From assembly GCA_016748015.1 (NCBI GenBank), contig JAAOMT010000328.1:574955-638954 (forward strand): DNA of 64,000 nt. Direction: 5' to 3'. Below the pieces are notes generated by a model that was not told the origin of the DNA, did no database searches, and saw only the letters and a program-made list of their open reading frames with translations. Origin of the DNA: Geosiphon pyriformis uo1 (Eukaryota > Fungi > Glomeromycota). Positions 24,451-36,800 of this stretch are shown here, one piece after another; position 1 is the first letter of the stretch; the number at the start of each line of letters is the position of its first letter. The translations under genes were made by a program, and so were the position numbers.

Positions 24451-27400
24451 ATGTCTTGCTTTATAATAAATGCCAAAAACTTACTCTGTTTATTTGAATC
24501 TCTTATTAGTGAATATGACAAAAGTTAATTAACAAAATGTAAGACCAAAGAAAATCAAAGATAATAACATACATCAGCTAGTGTTACAGCAAAAAGAATA
24601 ACAGAAATAATTAAGTATTTTCCTAGATTAACTATATTACTTAACTCTCTAAACAATTACTTTTTATGTGAAAGACATTATAATCAGATTGTTGTTAAAA
24701 AGTCTTTTATTAAACGAATTACTAAATCAAATAATTCAACTTTTTTAGATTTAGAAAAAACAGAAAGAAAAAAACCAAGACTTTTTAATAATAACAAGTT
24801 ATTAGAATTAGAAAAAACTTTTTCTGATTTTGGAATCCAAGTATTCTTGCCAGATCTAATATATGAAATTTATATAAAATAGATACAGAAGCTAAAAGAT
24901 ATCAATCAGCAATTATTATCTAAGAATACAACATTAAAAAAACAATTAAGTGAAGTATTTAATAATCAACAAGATCATATTAAATTTATAATAAAAATTA
25001 CCAAAAAAAAATAAAATAATTTGTATAATGATATAATAAGTTTGAAAAAAAATCATGAATGCTTTAGTCTAGATAGTTTTTTAGAATATTGTTCTTTAAT
25101 ATAACTTGTAAAACAAAATCCAGTTATTGTAAAATTTATTGAAACTTTTACTTATAATAAAAATAAATATCAAAATAAAGAGGAAAAGCTTTTTAAGTGT
25201 GCTGTAGCAGTTGATGTTATATATGGATTAAGACACTTAAAATATGTTTCTGCTATTAATTTAGCTACTTTAACAATCAAATATTTAGTAGCAAGATCAA
25301 AAATAATTATTGATATTGATAATCATATTATAAATTCCAGTTGTTATAAAAAGTTTACTAACTGGTTAGAAAGTTTGGCTATAGAACAATCAAAGCTTTC
25401 CAAAGGATTTTTATTTTTAGTCTTTGACAATAAACAAAAAGATCAAAAAAATTACTTAGATTGTAAATATAATACAATCATATTCAATATTATTATGAGT
25501 TTTGTTGTTTTAATTATAATTAAATTAATAATATTCAAAATATAGATTCTTGGTTGTATTTTGAACTTCCTGAAAAGAAATATGAGAAATTATTTTCTTT
25601 AACTTAAGGTATGATAAATAAAATTCATAAAAAACTTATTAATTATCTTATTATTATTTTAGAAGAGCTTTGTATAGAGAAAAGTCAAGAAACAAATGTG
25701 ATTGATAAATTAATACAACATCAAAGCCAAATTGGTTTTTTAAAAAAATGTCCAGCTTGTCAATTGTCTAACATTAATAATAAAAAGCAAGTTTGTTCTG
25801 TATACTATAACAAATTACTAACAATCACTAAAATGAATCAATTAAATAAATCAGTTGACATTACCAAAAACCTATTCCTTATTCTTACACATTTGAAAAT
25901 GCACAATTGTATTCAAAAATTAAGGTTTATATGCTGTAATTATATGTTCTTAATCCAATAGCCATAAACTCAAACTCAATTGCCAATATTCAAAAAAATT
26001 TTGAGTATATTAAAGAACTATTTAGCATTAAAGATGGTAGCTACTGTTATCAGTAGAATTCTAGCCATTAATTAGCATGAAATTATTTTCATAATTAATA
26101 TTATTAATTAGCATATACTATTATCATTTCAATTATTACTTATTATTTAAACAAATTATCAAATATTATTATTCAATTAATAATTCAATTTGTACCATAG
26201 AAATTAAGATGATTAAATTACACAATATCCTGAACCATTTAATATAATCAAAATTCGCCGAAATTGATGAAAATTCGCCGAAATAATCAATAGTTTGTAA
26301 AAATAACTTGTAGTTTACTAAAATGTATCTTTAATTTGCCAAAATTAGAGCAAAGAGAAAAGTGCAAGTTCAAAGACTAGTATTACAATAAATTGTATAA
26401 AAAAAGAGCTTTTCTCTTCAAAAAAATGTATCTTTTCATAGTATCTTATTATAGTATCTTACTTTAGATATCTTAATTAGAACAAATCATCTTTTACACA
26501 TCTCAAATAAAAATTAAATATTCGAAAAACCAAATTCTTTAATTATTATACTTGAAATTCTTTCAATACAACTAACATTTTGAAATTGATTAGCTACCAA
26601 TTTCAGTAATCTGTTAGTAATTCCAGGCTTGAATAGAAAACATTTCTCTTGACACAATTCTATTTCTTTTACATTTCTTTTATTTTCTTTTACTTTTTAT
26701 TATAATCATTAGGGTAGTCTACAGATGAAATTTCTGTAGAAAAGTTGACTTTTACAGCAAAGTAACTACACATTTTTAGTGAACTTCCAGACAAGCAATT
26801 TCTGAAAAAGAGTTGATATTTACTACAATGTAACTACACAAAACAACTGGCACAGAATTGGTCATTCTACTTATAAGCCTAACAGTTCAAATTATAAAAA
26901 ATAATTTAAAGATAAATTCAGTTATTAAAGGTTTAACTGCTTCCAGAAAACGTGAAATTAGCAACAAACAGACATTAACAAAATTCAAGAAAAGAGACTG
27001 AAAACCTTCAGTAATACTGCAGATAAGTTATAATAATATGTGATGAAATATCTTATCATCATGCACAAACAATTAAAAAAGACTTTTTTTAGCTTATATT
27101 AGTTCTGGGCACTCTTTATAAAGAAATAAATATGCAAAAAGCATTTGTTAAACTGAATTAAAATATTAATATAAAATACTTTGCACAATGTTAGAAATAT
27201 TAAAATGAAAGTCAATTACAGTTTTTTAAAAAATGTCCTAATTATTATAAGTTATGAGATTCAATATGTAATATATATAGACATGCAATGGCTTTTGAAT
27301 TAATGTGACCATATATTGTTTCTAAGAAAAATCCACCTGTTAAAAATTACTTAGAATGGGCCCAAAATGAAACAGATCTTATATTTAGGTTAAAGTATAA

Positions 27401-28240
27401 ACAAGTCTTTTTTTATTTACAAGCAATTATTAACTTTCACACTAAAGTTTGTTTCAATAAGTTTTTATTAAGACTTATGACTAGACAAATGTTTGTACCA
27501 ATTTGGTTTGCTCAGTGCTATCCTATTTACTAATTAATTGAAATTGTTGATAAAAAACAATAGCTATGATTGAAGTCTAAAGTTTGCAAGCTGATTCAAA
27601 AAAGAATTGTAATTTCTTGATCTAAACTTTCAAATAAACATTAAGACCATAATGCAATACTTAAAAAAATTAACAAAATGCTCAAATTGTTAATTTTTTC
27701 TACATCTTCACAATGGCATTGGAAAATTGCAGTGTATAACTGTATCAAATTTGAGAAATTGCATACTAACTTCTTTAATGTTATCAGATATTCTAAAAGT
27801 GAAATATACAGATCTCATACACATTCTAGCTTTATTGTTGAATCAAATTAATTTCAAGTTTAGATAAGAAAGACACAATTGTAAATTCAAATGTCTCTAA
27901 TTGTGTTTTTTGTAATATTGGCCATGAATAAATATTAAGCAAAGAAATAAAAAAATTCAGTAAAATTGCACAAATAAAAAAAATAGACTTTTTTAAAGCA
28001 AGACAAATTAAAAAAATATTATTAAGTACTTGAAAACCAATTTCAGTAACAAATAAAAAAGCAAATCATCAAAAAATGTAAATCTGTTAATAAAATCACA
28101 ACTATTATCTATTATTAACTCTCTAATACCTCTTTTAAATAATCATATTTTTGAAGCTTATCAAGTTAATTATGTAATAATCTAATAAATATCCTTCAAA
28201 AAGTTAAAAATATATTGTATTGTGTACAGTTTTGTTTATG
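24451..28240 (+). pseudogene. Putative DDE transposase, DUF6589/Academ-like; split by the solo LTR at 26045-27016
   Basis: Manual translation: N-terminal C..C..LCERHYN; VFDNKQ..KNYLD; CPAC..VC; after removing the LTR, R.V..CDEISYHH, LGTLYKEIN (decayed PGxLHEEMN), YYKLWD (HHKxWD), NAILKKINK (DxxxEExNK). The 3' end is approximate. Confidence 0.7.
26045..27016 (+). repeat. Family B solo LTR (972 bp) inside the transposase
   Basis: Homologous to B1 LTRs; TSD CTAC/CTGC. Confidence 0.93.
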
Positions 28241-28254
28241 TTGAATTGAATGTA

Positions 28255-30420
28255 TTATTATTTATAATTATAACTGTGATCAGTTAATACACAATGCTTG
28301 TATTTTTGAAGATGTTAACTATAAATTCAATGTTTATAATACAATTGTTTCTATGGTGGATGATAATTTTAATATATGCAGCCTGAAAGTTACATGGAAT
28401 ATAAATTGCAGTTATTGTGGCACTATTACCAGTAAAATTTTAGCTATTAATTAGTATGAAATTATTCTTATAATTCCTATTATTAATTATTATATATTAT
28501 TATTATTTCGATTATCACTTATTATTTAATCAAATTATCAAATAACATTACTCAATTAATAATCTGATTTGTACCATAGAAATTAAGATGATCAAATTAC
28601 ACAATACTCTGAACCATTTAACATAGTCAAAATTTGCCGAAATTAATAAAAATTGGCCGAAATGATCAATAGTTCAGTGAAATAACTTGTAGTTTGCCAA
28701 AATGTATTTTTAGTTCATCCAAATTGTAGCAAAGAGAAAAATGCAAGTTCAAAGAGTAGTACTACAACAAGTTGTATAAAAAAAGAGCTTCTCTTTTTAA
28801 GAAAATGTACCTTCTCATAGTATTTTATCATAGTATCTTACTTTAGATATCTTAATTGAAACAAATTATCTTTTATACATCTCAAATAAAAATTAAATAT
28901 TTGAAAACCAAATCCTTTGATTATTACACTTGAAATTTTCTCAACACAAACTAACATTTTGAAATTAATTAGCTACCAATTCAGTAATCTGTTAGTAACT
29001 CCAGGCCTGGATAGAAAATGTTATCCTTGTTAGAATTCTATTTCTTTTACATTTTTTTTATTTTTTTTTATTTTTTTATCATAATTATTAGAGTAGCTTA
29101 CAGACAAGATTCTTGTAGAAGAGTTGACTTTTACAGCAAAGTAACTACACATTTTTAGTGAGCTTTCAGATGAGCAATTTCTGAGAAAGAGTTGACGTTT
29201 ACTACAATATAATTACATAAAGTAACTGGCAAAAAATTGGTCATTCCACTTATAAGCCCAGCAGTTCAAATTATAGGAGATAATTTGAAGATAAATTCAG
29301 TTATTGAAGGTTTAATTGCTTCCAGAAAACGTGAAATTAGCAACAGACAAACATTAACAACATTCAAGAAAAGAGACCAAAAACCTCCAATAACAGCACT
29401 AATGCTCATACTTGGCAAAATTCTTGCTCAGAGCTGCAATATAAAGATTATAAGTTAGATCTTCTTGCTAATACATGTTTTGTAAGATTCTAAACTTTAT
29501 TCAGTTCTATTATTTGAATATATGGTTAAAATATTTACCTGTTGCTAAAGAGAAGACTATTGGATAGGTTCCATAGAGCTTTGGTAACTACTATTGCCAA
29601 TTGTTTAATAGTAATAATTTTTAATATATGGCTTTTTGCCACTTCTTCTTATTAACTCCTATTTGCAACATTTTTCACAAGCTAAAGAATTCAGATTACA
29701 TACAAAAATTTTATTGGCCATCAAGATTGGACTTAGTGCCAATGCTGCCATTGTATTATATATACTCATTTTTAAAACATAATATGTTGAGTCTAGATCT
29801 AAATCTCCATTCTATGTGATTATGTTTGAATTATAAAAAGCATTCAACACAGATTTATTTGCTCCAAAAAAGTTGATTTTTAATACATTTTTAAAACTAT
29901 TAGTCAAATTTTTGCTTACTAATACTAAATATTGGTCAAATAATAAATATAATTGCTAATATAAAGCTCTTTTTTAATTACAGATGCCAAAGTTGATGTA
30001 AAACCATATTTATTGGGTATATATTGAAATCTTTATGCTTTGAGTTTTATTATTGATCATATTTTTTTTCCTAAGGAAAGATAAATTCGAACTCCATTCT
30101 CAGTTGATTTGTTTAAGCAATGTCCTATTAACAAACTTGTTTCCAAGAAATCTCATTGGACCATTATTTTCACTTGTAGATCTTCCAATATAGAAAAAAA
30201 ATAATCTTGTTAGCCAAAGTTTAATCCAGAATAACTTTATTGATACCTACAGCAACAGTCTCCAAAGTACTATCAGTCTTTGAAGCATTACTAGTCTTTA
30301 AAGCACCAAGAATAGCAGTACTATACTATATGTTAACTATTATTAAAACTCTTATAATATTCACAAATAACAAGTCAAATATAATAGTTTTGTTATTGTT
30401 TTTTGATGGCAGTGGCAGCT
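28255..30420 (-). pseudogene. Second, convergently oriented gene of the TIR element; function unknown; one probable intron; split by the solo LTR at 28424-29395
   Basis: One frame from about 30420 to 29540 is broken only by point stops (…IWFYINFGICN*KRALY*QLYLLFDQY…ACEKCCK*ELIRRSGKKPY…). CAG|GTAAAT donor near 29540 and TAG acceptor near 29507; the frame continues across the LTR. Ends are approximate. Confidence 0.55.
28424..29395 (+). repeat. Family B solo LTR (972 bp) inside the second gene
   Basis: Perfect TSD GCAC (28420-28423 / 29396-29399). Confidence 0.95.
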
Positions 30421-30565
30421 TATAAAAAAGAATAATAATTGAATGTTGTAATATTTTAGAAATTTTGTTTAGTGTTTTAGAATCATTTCTAAAAACTTCT
30501 CTAATTTTTTTTACTATTATAAAAAAAATGATTTCTATTAACAAATTGAAAAATCTCTCTAATTG

Positions 30566-30903
30566 AAGTAGTAAGTAAGTAATAATAGTTAATAATATGA
30601 CTGTTAAAATTGAAAATAATATTAATTATTTTTTTGTTACTAGTCTTATTGCATTTTTTAGCAGTTTTATTTCCAATATTTTAGAATCTTACAATAGTAA
30701 CAGCTTTGAGATTGGTTGTTTATTAATGGTAAAAGATTGCTTTGGTTTTATTGTTATAATAATTGATATCTTTGTTGTTGCTATTGTTGATTTGTAAAAT
30801 AGTTTTTAACTTTCTTTATAAGTTGGTCAATTTTTTCTTTAATCATTAAACTGATTTCTTTAATAACTAAGTTAATAAGCTTTATATAATTGGTTTTTTA
30901 TGG
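30566..30903 (-). mobile_element. Family B remnant B2, right part (gag C-terminus)
   Basis: Colinear with B1 about 8500-8865. Confidence 0.82.
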
Positions 30904-33395
30904 TATTATTAGAAATTTTTGGTTTTTTTTTTGAATGTTGTTAATGTTAGTTTGCTGTTAATTCACATTTATTGGAAGCTAGTAAATTTTTAATAACTGA
31001 ATTTATCTTTAAATTATTTTTTATAATTTAAACTGCAAAGCTTATAAGTAAAATAACCAATTCTATACTAGTTACTTTATGTAATTATTTTGTAGTAAAA
31101 GTTAACTCTTTTTTAAGAATTGCTCATCTAAAAACTTACTAAAAAATGTGTAATTACTTTGCTATGAAAGTCAACGTTTTTACAGAATTCTTGTCTATAG
31201 ATTATCTTAATAATTATAATAATAAAAAAATAAAAAAATAAAAGCAATATAAAAAATTAAAATTTTATTAAGAGAATTATTTTTTATTTAGGCCTGGAGT
31301 CACTAATTAATTTCAAAATATTAATTAGGTTTTAGAAATTTTAAATGCAAATAAAAAAAATTGGGTTTTTAAAGTATTTAATATTTTTATTTTTTTTGTT
31401 ATGTAACCAATAATTAATTCTAATTAAAATAATTCTAAATAAAATGTTTCTAAGATAAAATAATTTTAAGGAAAGATATATTTTCTTATTATAATACTAG
31501 TCTATGAACTTGAACTTTTTTTGCTATAATTTTAACAAACTAAAAATATATTTTAACAAACTACAAGTTATTTTGTCAATTATTTCAGTGAATTATTTAT
31601 TATTTTGGCAAATTTTTAAATGTTACATAATTTGAAATATTGTGTAATTTGATTATCTTAATTTCTATTGTACTTATTAGGTTATTAATTAGATAATGAT
31701 ATTTATTAATTTTGATTAAAATAATAAGTGATAATTAATATAATGATAATAAATGCTAATTAATAATAAGAATTATAAAATAATTTTATGTTAATTAATA
31801 ATTAAAATTTTATTAGTAACATAATCTTTTCTTTAAGACTAAGTTCTATTAAAATCTAAATATTATCTGTAATATCAAAATAATAATCCAAAATGATTAA
31901 AGTAATTTGATCTAAAAATTGTTGAAATTTCAATTTTGTGAGTTTGCCAATGTATTAAATCTTTATTGGTTGGAGTATTGGATTTTGTAGAACATTTTTA
32001 TAAGTATTAAATAAATTATAAAGTTTAAAAGCTGCTTTAAGTTTGTAACAAATGTTTGTTGATCCATTTGCTATTTTAAAATCATTGTAAATGTGTTTTT
32101 ATATAACTTTAAAAGTGAGATTGATTGCTTCAAATTCCAGTTTTTGTTCATAAAGTGTTTTTTTAATATGAAAATATTTAAAAATAAGAGTATATTTATG
32201 GCTTTGTTTATTAAGATACAGTTAAAGCTTTTGTTGAGTTGTGGTATTTGGTAAAATATTAATAAGGATAAATAAAAGATTTTTTTTAAAGCTTGATTTA
32301 AAAGTTTTGACAATTGAATTTCAGAAAAACTTCTTATATTTCTTTTATAAGAGTAATAATTCTGAAATTTATTTACTACTAACATTATAGTTTCTTTTTA
32401 AGTATAATTAATTTGATTTTTATTGATTACTATAAATAAATTGGAGTATGTTTTCAAAGCTAATATTAATTTTTAAGACATTTGTTAAATGTTTCGGGAA
32501 ATAATCATGATAAAAGTAAATAAATTAAGAATAAAATTTGGAAAAATTTGAAAAGAAAAATAAAAAATTATTTTTGGATATAGGGTTTTTATATATTTTT
32601 GGTTTTAGATTTTTTTTGTAATTATTTACTATTTTTGTTTTTATATTTGTGTATTATTAAAAAAATATTATGATAATAGTAAATTAAATATTTAGGTTTG
32701 GTTGTTGTTCTATTATAACTATTGATTCTAAATTTTGGAGAATATTTTTGAGATTAATTAAAAAGAAATATGTACTAATTTGTGGAATTAATAGTTCAGA
32801 ATTGTTTTTGGAATAATAATACTTCAATTAATCTTCATGTACAACTTTTGCTAAAACTTTGTTATCAAGTTTTAATTTATATGATTTATTGTCTAAGATT
32901 TTATAAATATAAAATAGTCTATCTTATTTATGTTTAAATTTTCTATTCTATTGTTTTTTCATCTTAATTTTGTATAAGAGAACTTTGTTTCCAATTTTAA
33001 ATTTGTTGGTAACTGGTAATAATTTGTTGTTATGTTATTCTTTTTGTTAAGCTTAAAAGTGTTTAATATAGGTGGCTGTTATTTATTATTTTTTTTTTAA
33101 AGTATTGAAAAAAATATAAGCTTTTTATTAATGTGTTTCTTGTAAGTTTTCTTTATTGATTGGTTACATGAAATATGTTTTTATAATAAAATTAATTGGT
33201 AACATTGCTATTTTTTTATAGATTAAGTTGAAAAGTATATGTTTTATGGTGTTTTGTTTTAGTGTTTTATATATTAGTAATATTAATAAAATAAAGATAT
33301 TTTATTCTTATTTAAAATCTGTTAAAACTTTGGCTAATAATTTACATAGTGTTTAGTTGATTATTTTACAAGTCCATTTGTCTATAAGTAATATG
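30904..33395 (-). mobile_element. Family B copy B3: 3' LTR (30904-31821), PPT, ORF3, integrase C-terminus; truncated by the hAT element
   Basis: Colinear with B1 1184-3715. Confidence 0.92.
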
Positions 33396-33820
33396 TAAAG
33401 TTTTAATGTTTAATTTGGTTTAATTCAAGTTTAATTAAACTATTAAATCAAATTAAACCAAACTCAAACAAAAAATTGGCAAAATTTTGAACCTAAACTT
33501 GAATTAGACATAAAATTACTAAACTTAAACTGAATCTGAACATATGTAATAAGTTTGGTTTAAGTTCAGTTTAAAATTTATAAACATGTTTAGATTTGAC
33601 TATTAAAAATATTATATTATATTATATTATTATTTAATTTTTTTTTCAATGGTCTCTGTATCTATAATTGAAACTACTATGCTATTTTTATAGTTTTAGG
33701 CACTAAACAAGACTTTATATTTGTAGTCATATTTTCATTTGCAGAAAAGACATATTTAGAAACAACAAATGATTTTTAAATTACAAAATAATTATAAACT
33801 ATATATGTAAGATAAGAAAA
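33396..33820 (-). mobile_element. hAT DNA transposon 3' end (dimerisation domain plus subterminal repeats)
   Basis: Minus-strand 33660-33820 reads FSYLTYIVYNYFVI*KSFVVSKYVFSANENMTT..L.PKTI, a C>T/G>A-decayed FPxLAxMARDYLAI..SSVxSERVFSxG. Decayed GAACC/GGTTC subterminal repeats at 33400-33575. Confidence 0.75.
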
Positions 33821-36800
33821 TTGTTGCTAAAGCAATCACAGCAAATAACTGGGATGATGTCAGAGCATTTTAAGCAATCTTATATTTTTTTTAAAATACT
33901 GCTAATTTATGGTATTAGAATCTTGTCAACAAACCACTAAACTTTAATGTGTTTAAAACCACATTTCTACAGTATTTTAGTGATAATAATAGTATTAACT
34001 GTCTAGCCAATAGTTTTACTACAATCAAACAAGATAATACCAAAACAGTCACTATTTACTTAGGATGCTTCCACAAAAATCTGTGCTAAATACAAGTTAT
34101 TGAAGCTGACTATTTTACAGTGCCACAGATTCTGAATCAGTTTATCTGTGAGTTGTGCAGTAGTTTGCTATAGAGAGTACATTTAATGCATCCAAATACA
34201 CTCCAAGACACAGTTACACATACATGAGATTTTGAATCAGCAAAGTTAGAAGCCAACCATATTCAAGCTGTAAATCTAATAATGAATGGATCATCTGAAT
34301 TGAATTCCAAATTGAAACAATTCAGTGATTTAATCAACCAGAAATTGGAAGAATACTTAGCTAACAATCAGACCATTTATCAATCTCTACAATAATACAA
34401 TAATTAAGGAAACTCAAATTGTTTCCAAAATTAATCATATTTTTTATCATCAATTAATCAACTGTAACAGCCAAAAATGCATATTTGCCACAATTGTGGT
34501 AAACAAAAACATATTAAAATTGACTGCCACACTAGAATTAATAATTAATGATCAGGAAATTAATATCAAAACTCTGATCACTAATTTCAAACTCCAAATT
34601 ATCACTTAAATCAAGATCTGTATCAACCACATTATACTTCAATGATGCAATAAGCAATATACTTGTCATTAATTTATTAGCCTCTAGCACTAGTAATATA
34701 TCAACCACAGCCACAGATCATATATCAACCCCAATTATTCCAAATACCACCACAAAACTCAGCTTAAATATCTGAAAATCAAAGACCAAGAGTGACCCAA
34801 AACTGGAGATTAGCAATAGTTGTTTATTAGCCAATCCCAAACTCCTCAAACCAACTATTAAGATTATGTTAGTGGAGTTCAGGAACTGGGTACACCCAAA
34901 ACCTAAATTCTCAGAACTATTTAAGTCTTTTGGTTAACTCAAAAGACACATTACTCAACAAACTCAAGTCCAACCAAAAGCAGTCATTTATCAACAACAT
35001 TCTACCAGCAACTATTACCAACAATGACTCATTAGAAGCCATTTTTTTCTTTGAACTTGAAGAACCAGCAACAACACCCTTCTTTAGTGGAGCTGTTCTT
35101 AACACCAAACCAATTATGGCCATGTATACTAATGCAAAAGTTAATAGCCACCCTATTAAACTAATTTTTGATATTGGTTTAGCAGACAGCATTATTACCA
35201 AGCAACTTATGAACCAATTAGGTTACCAAATTGATTGTGCTATCAGCACCAAAATAATAACAGCTAATAAAACAACAAAAACTCCAATTGGTGAAATCAA
35301 CAACTTCTCTTTTGAAGTCAATAGTATTATTATGCCTATCAACATATTGGTAATAGAAGCCACCCAGTATTAAGCTCTTGTTGGTAATAACTGGCTGTTC
35401 AAAACCAATGCAGTGCTCAATTAAAACACCCAAGAGCTACAACTCAGCCAAAATGGCCAACACATTTGAGTACCAGCTACTTGCAGACACTTCAAAACCA
35501 CCACACCAGTACTATTAATAGAATTTAAGAAAAAAAAGAAAAAACCTATCTGGAAAGCCTACCATGTTTTGTGGACTGAAATTGACTGCCACCAATACTC
35601 TTGTGAAATGACAAAAAAAAAGGAAAGGAAAAAAATAAGCCACAGAAAGACACTATTAACAGTGAAACCACTAGTAATTGGAAAAAAACATACTCAACTA
35701 ACATTAGACCAAAACCTTTTTTTATTCCACTTAAGTATAAGAATTGCAAAAAAAAGCTCTTCTTCATAGGAGCTTGAGTTATATTTAACAAAAACTACTG
35801 AACACACACTCATTATTACTGCAAGCCATGCCACAAAAAATGCTATGGTTATTCCAAATGACAAGACAAGTGAGACAATAAACCATGTCTTACTTGTAAA
35901 GAACAATTATTTGACAAAAAAATATGGAACAACATTTTTGATTGAAGAAGAACATGTGATGCCTTGTGTCAGTACATAATCCTTATAAATAATTGGGTCA
36001 GCAGAAAAATGTCTTTTAATGCCATGTAAAACCATGCTTTATTATACTTAAACAGTTACTTACATGATAAGGATAAGATCTGAAGAATGACAAGTGCTAA
36101 AGTTGAAGGTACTTTGCCCAAAAAAATATTAGAAATTAAAAATAATCCACCTAAACCAGCCAAAACTTTCCTTATTCTTAATTCAGATGTTTTTGTTAAT
36201 ATCAAAACTGGTTCTAAAGAATTCTATGAGCATTACCAAAATTTAGCACCAACCAGAGTAGAACAAGAACAGTGGTTAAAATAGTTAAATGCTTAACTTT
36301 GTCAACACTGTTTAATATCATGTGACTTTCAATATTGTGATAATTGTAACCTTATTTACAATCTATTACCATGTATGATATACATAATTCTTAAAGAGAA
36401 AGAACCAATCAGCAGCTGTGCCTTAGAATTAGAATTAAAGTTCAATTCTGATTCAAACTCTAACAATAATAACAAAAACAATGGTTTTAGCTCAGTTCAA
36501 AATGGCAACACTAATAACAACAATTCAGACTCTAATTTAAACTCAGAATTATATATTGCACTTTTTGATTTTTCCAAAAAGCAAGAACTAAAATGGTTCA
36601 GCAATAATAATAAAAATATTATGCCAAAACATGTGTATAATACTAATATTAGATTTGATCTGAGATATCCAAAAAAAAATGCCATCAAATTGAAACTATA
36701 TTTGCATACTTATATTGATCTGAAAATAGCACTGAAAATTTTAATAACAACTATGATTCAACTAGCATCAAAAAGTAGTTTAGCAAAAAAAGGAATTAAT

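Larger units (their letters stand above)
24209..30565 (+). mobile_element. TIR DNA transposon with 5-bp TSD, DUF6589/Academ-like transposase and a convergent second gene (native length about 4.4 kb)
   Basis: Left end CAATTAGAAAGATTTT and right end (reverse complement) CAATTAGAGAGATTTT match at 15/16 (21/25). TSD AAGTA at 24204-24208 and 30566-30570. It splits the gag of B2, which resumes at 30566. Confidence 0.85.

Noticed and set aside
24451-28240. RAG1/Transib (ProtoRAG) identity suggested by the 5-bp TSD and convergent gene pair
   Set aside because: TIRs start CAA rather than CAC, the motifs fit the DUF6589/Academ type better, and no kelch or PHD pattern is visible in the partner gene.
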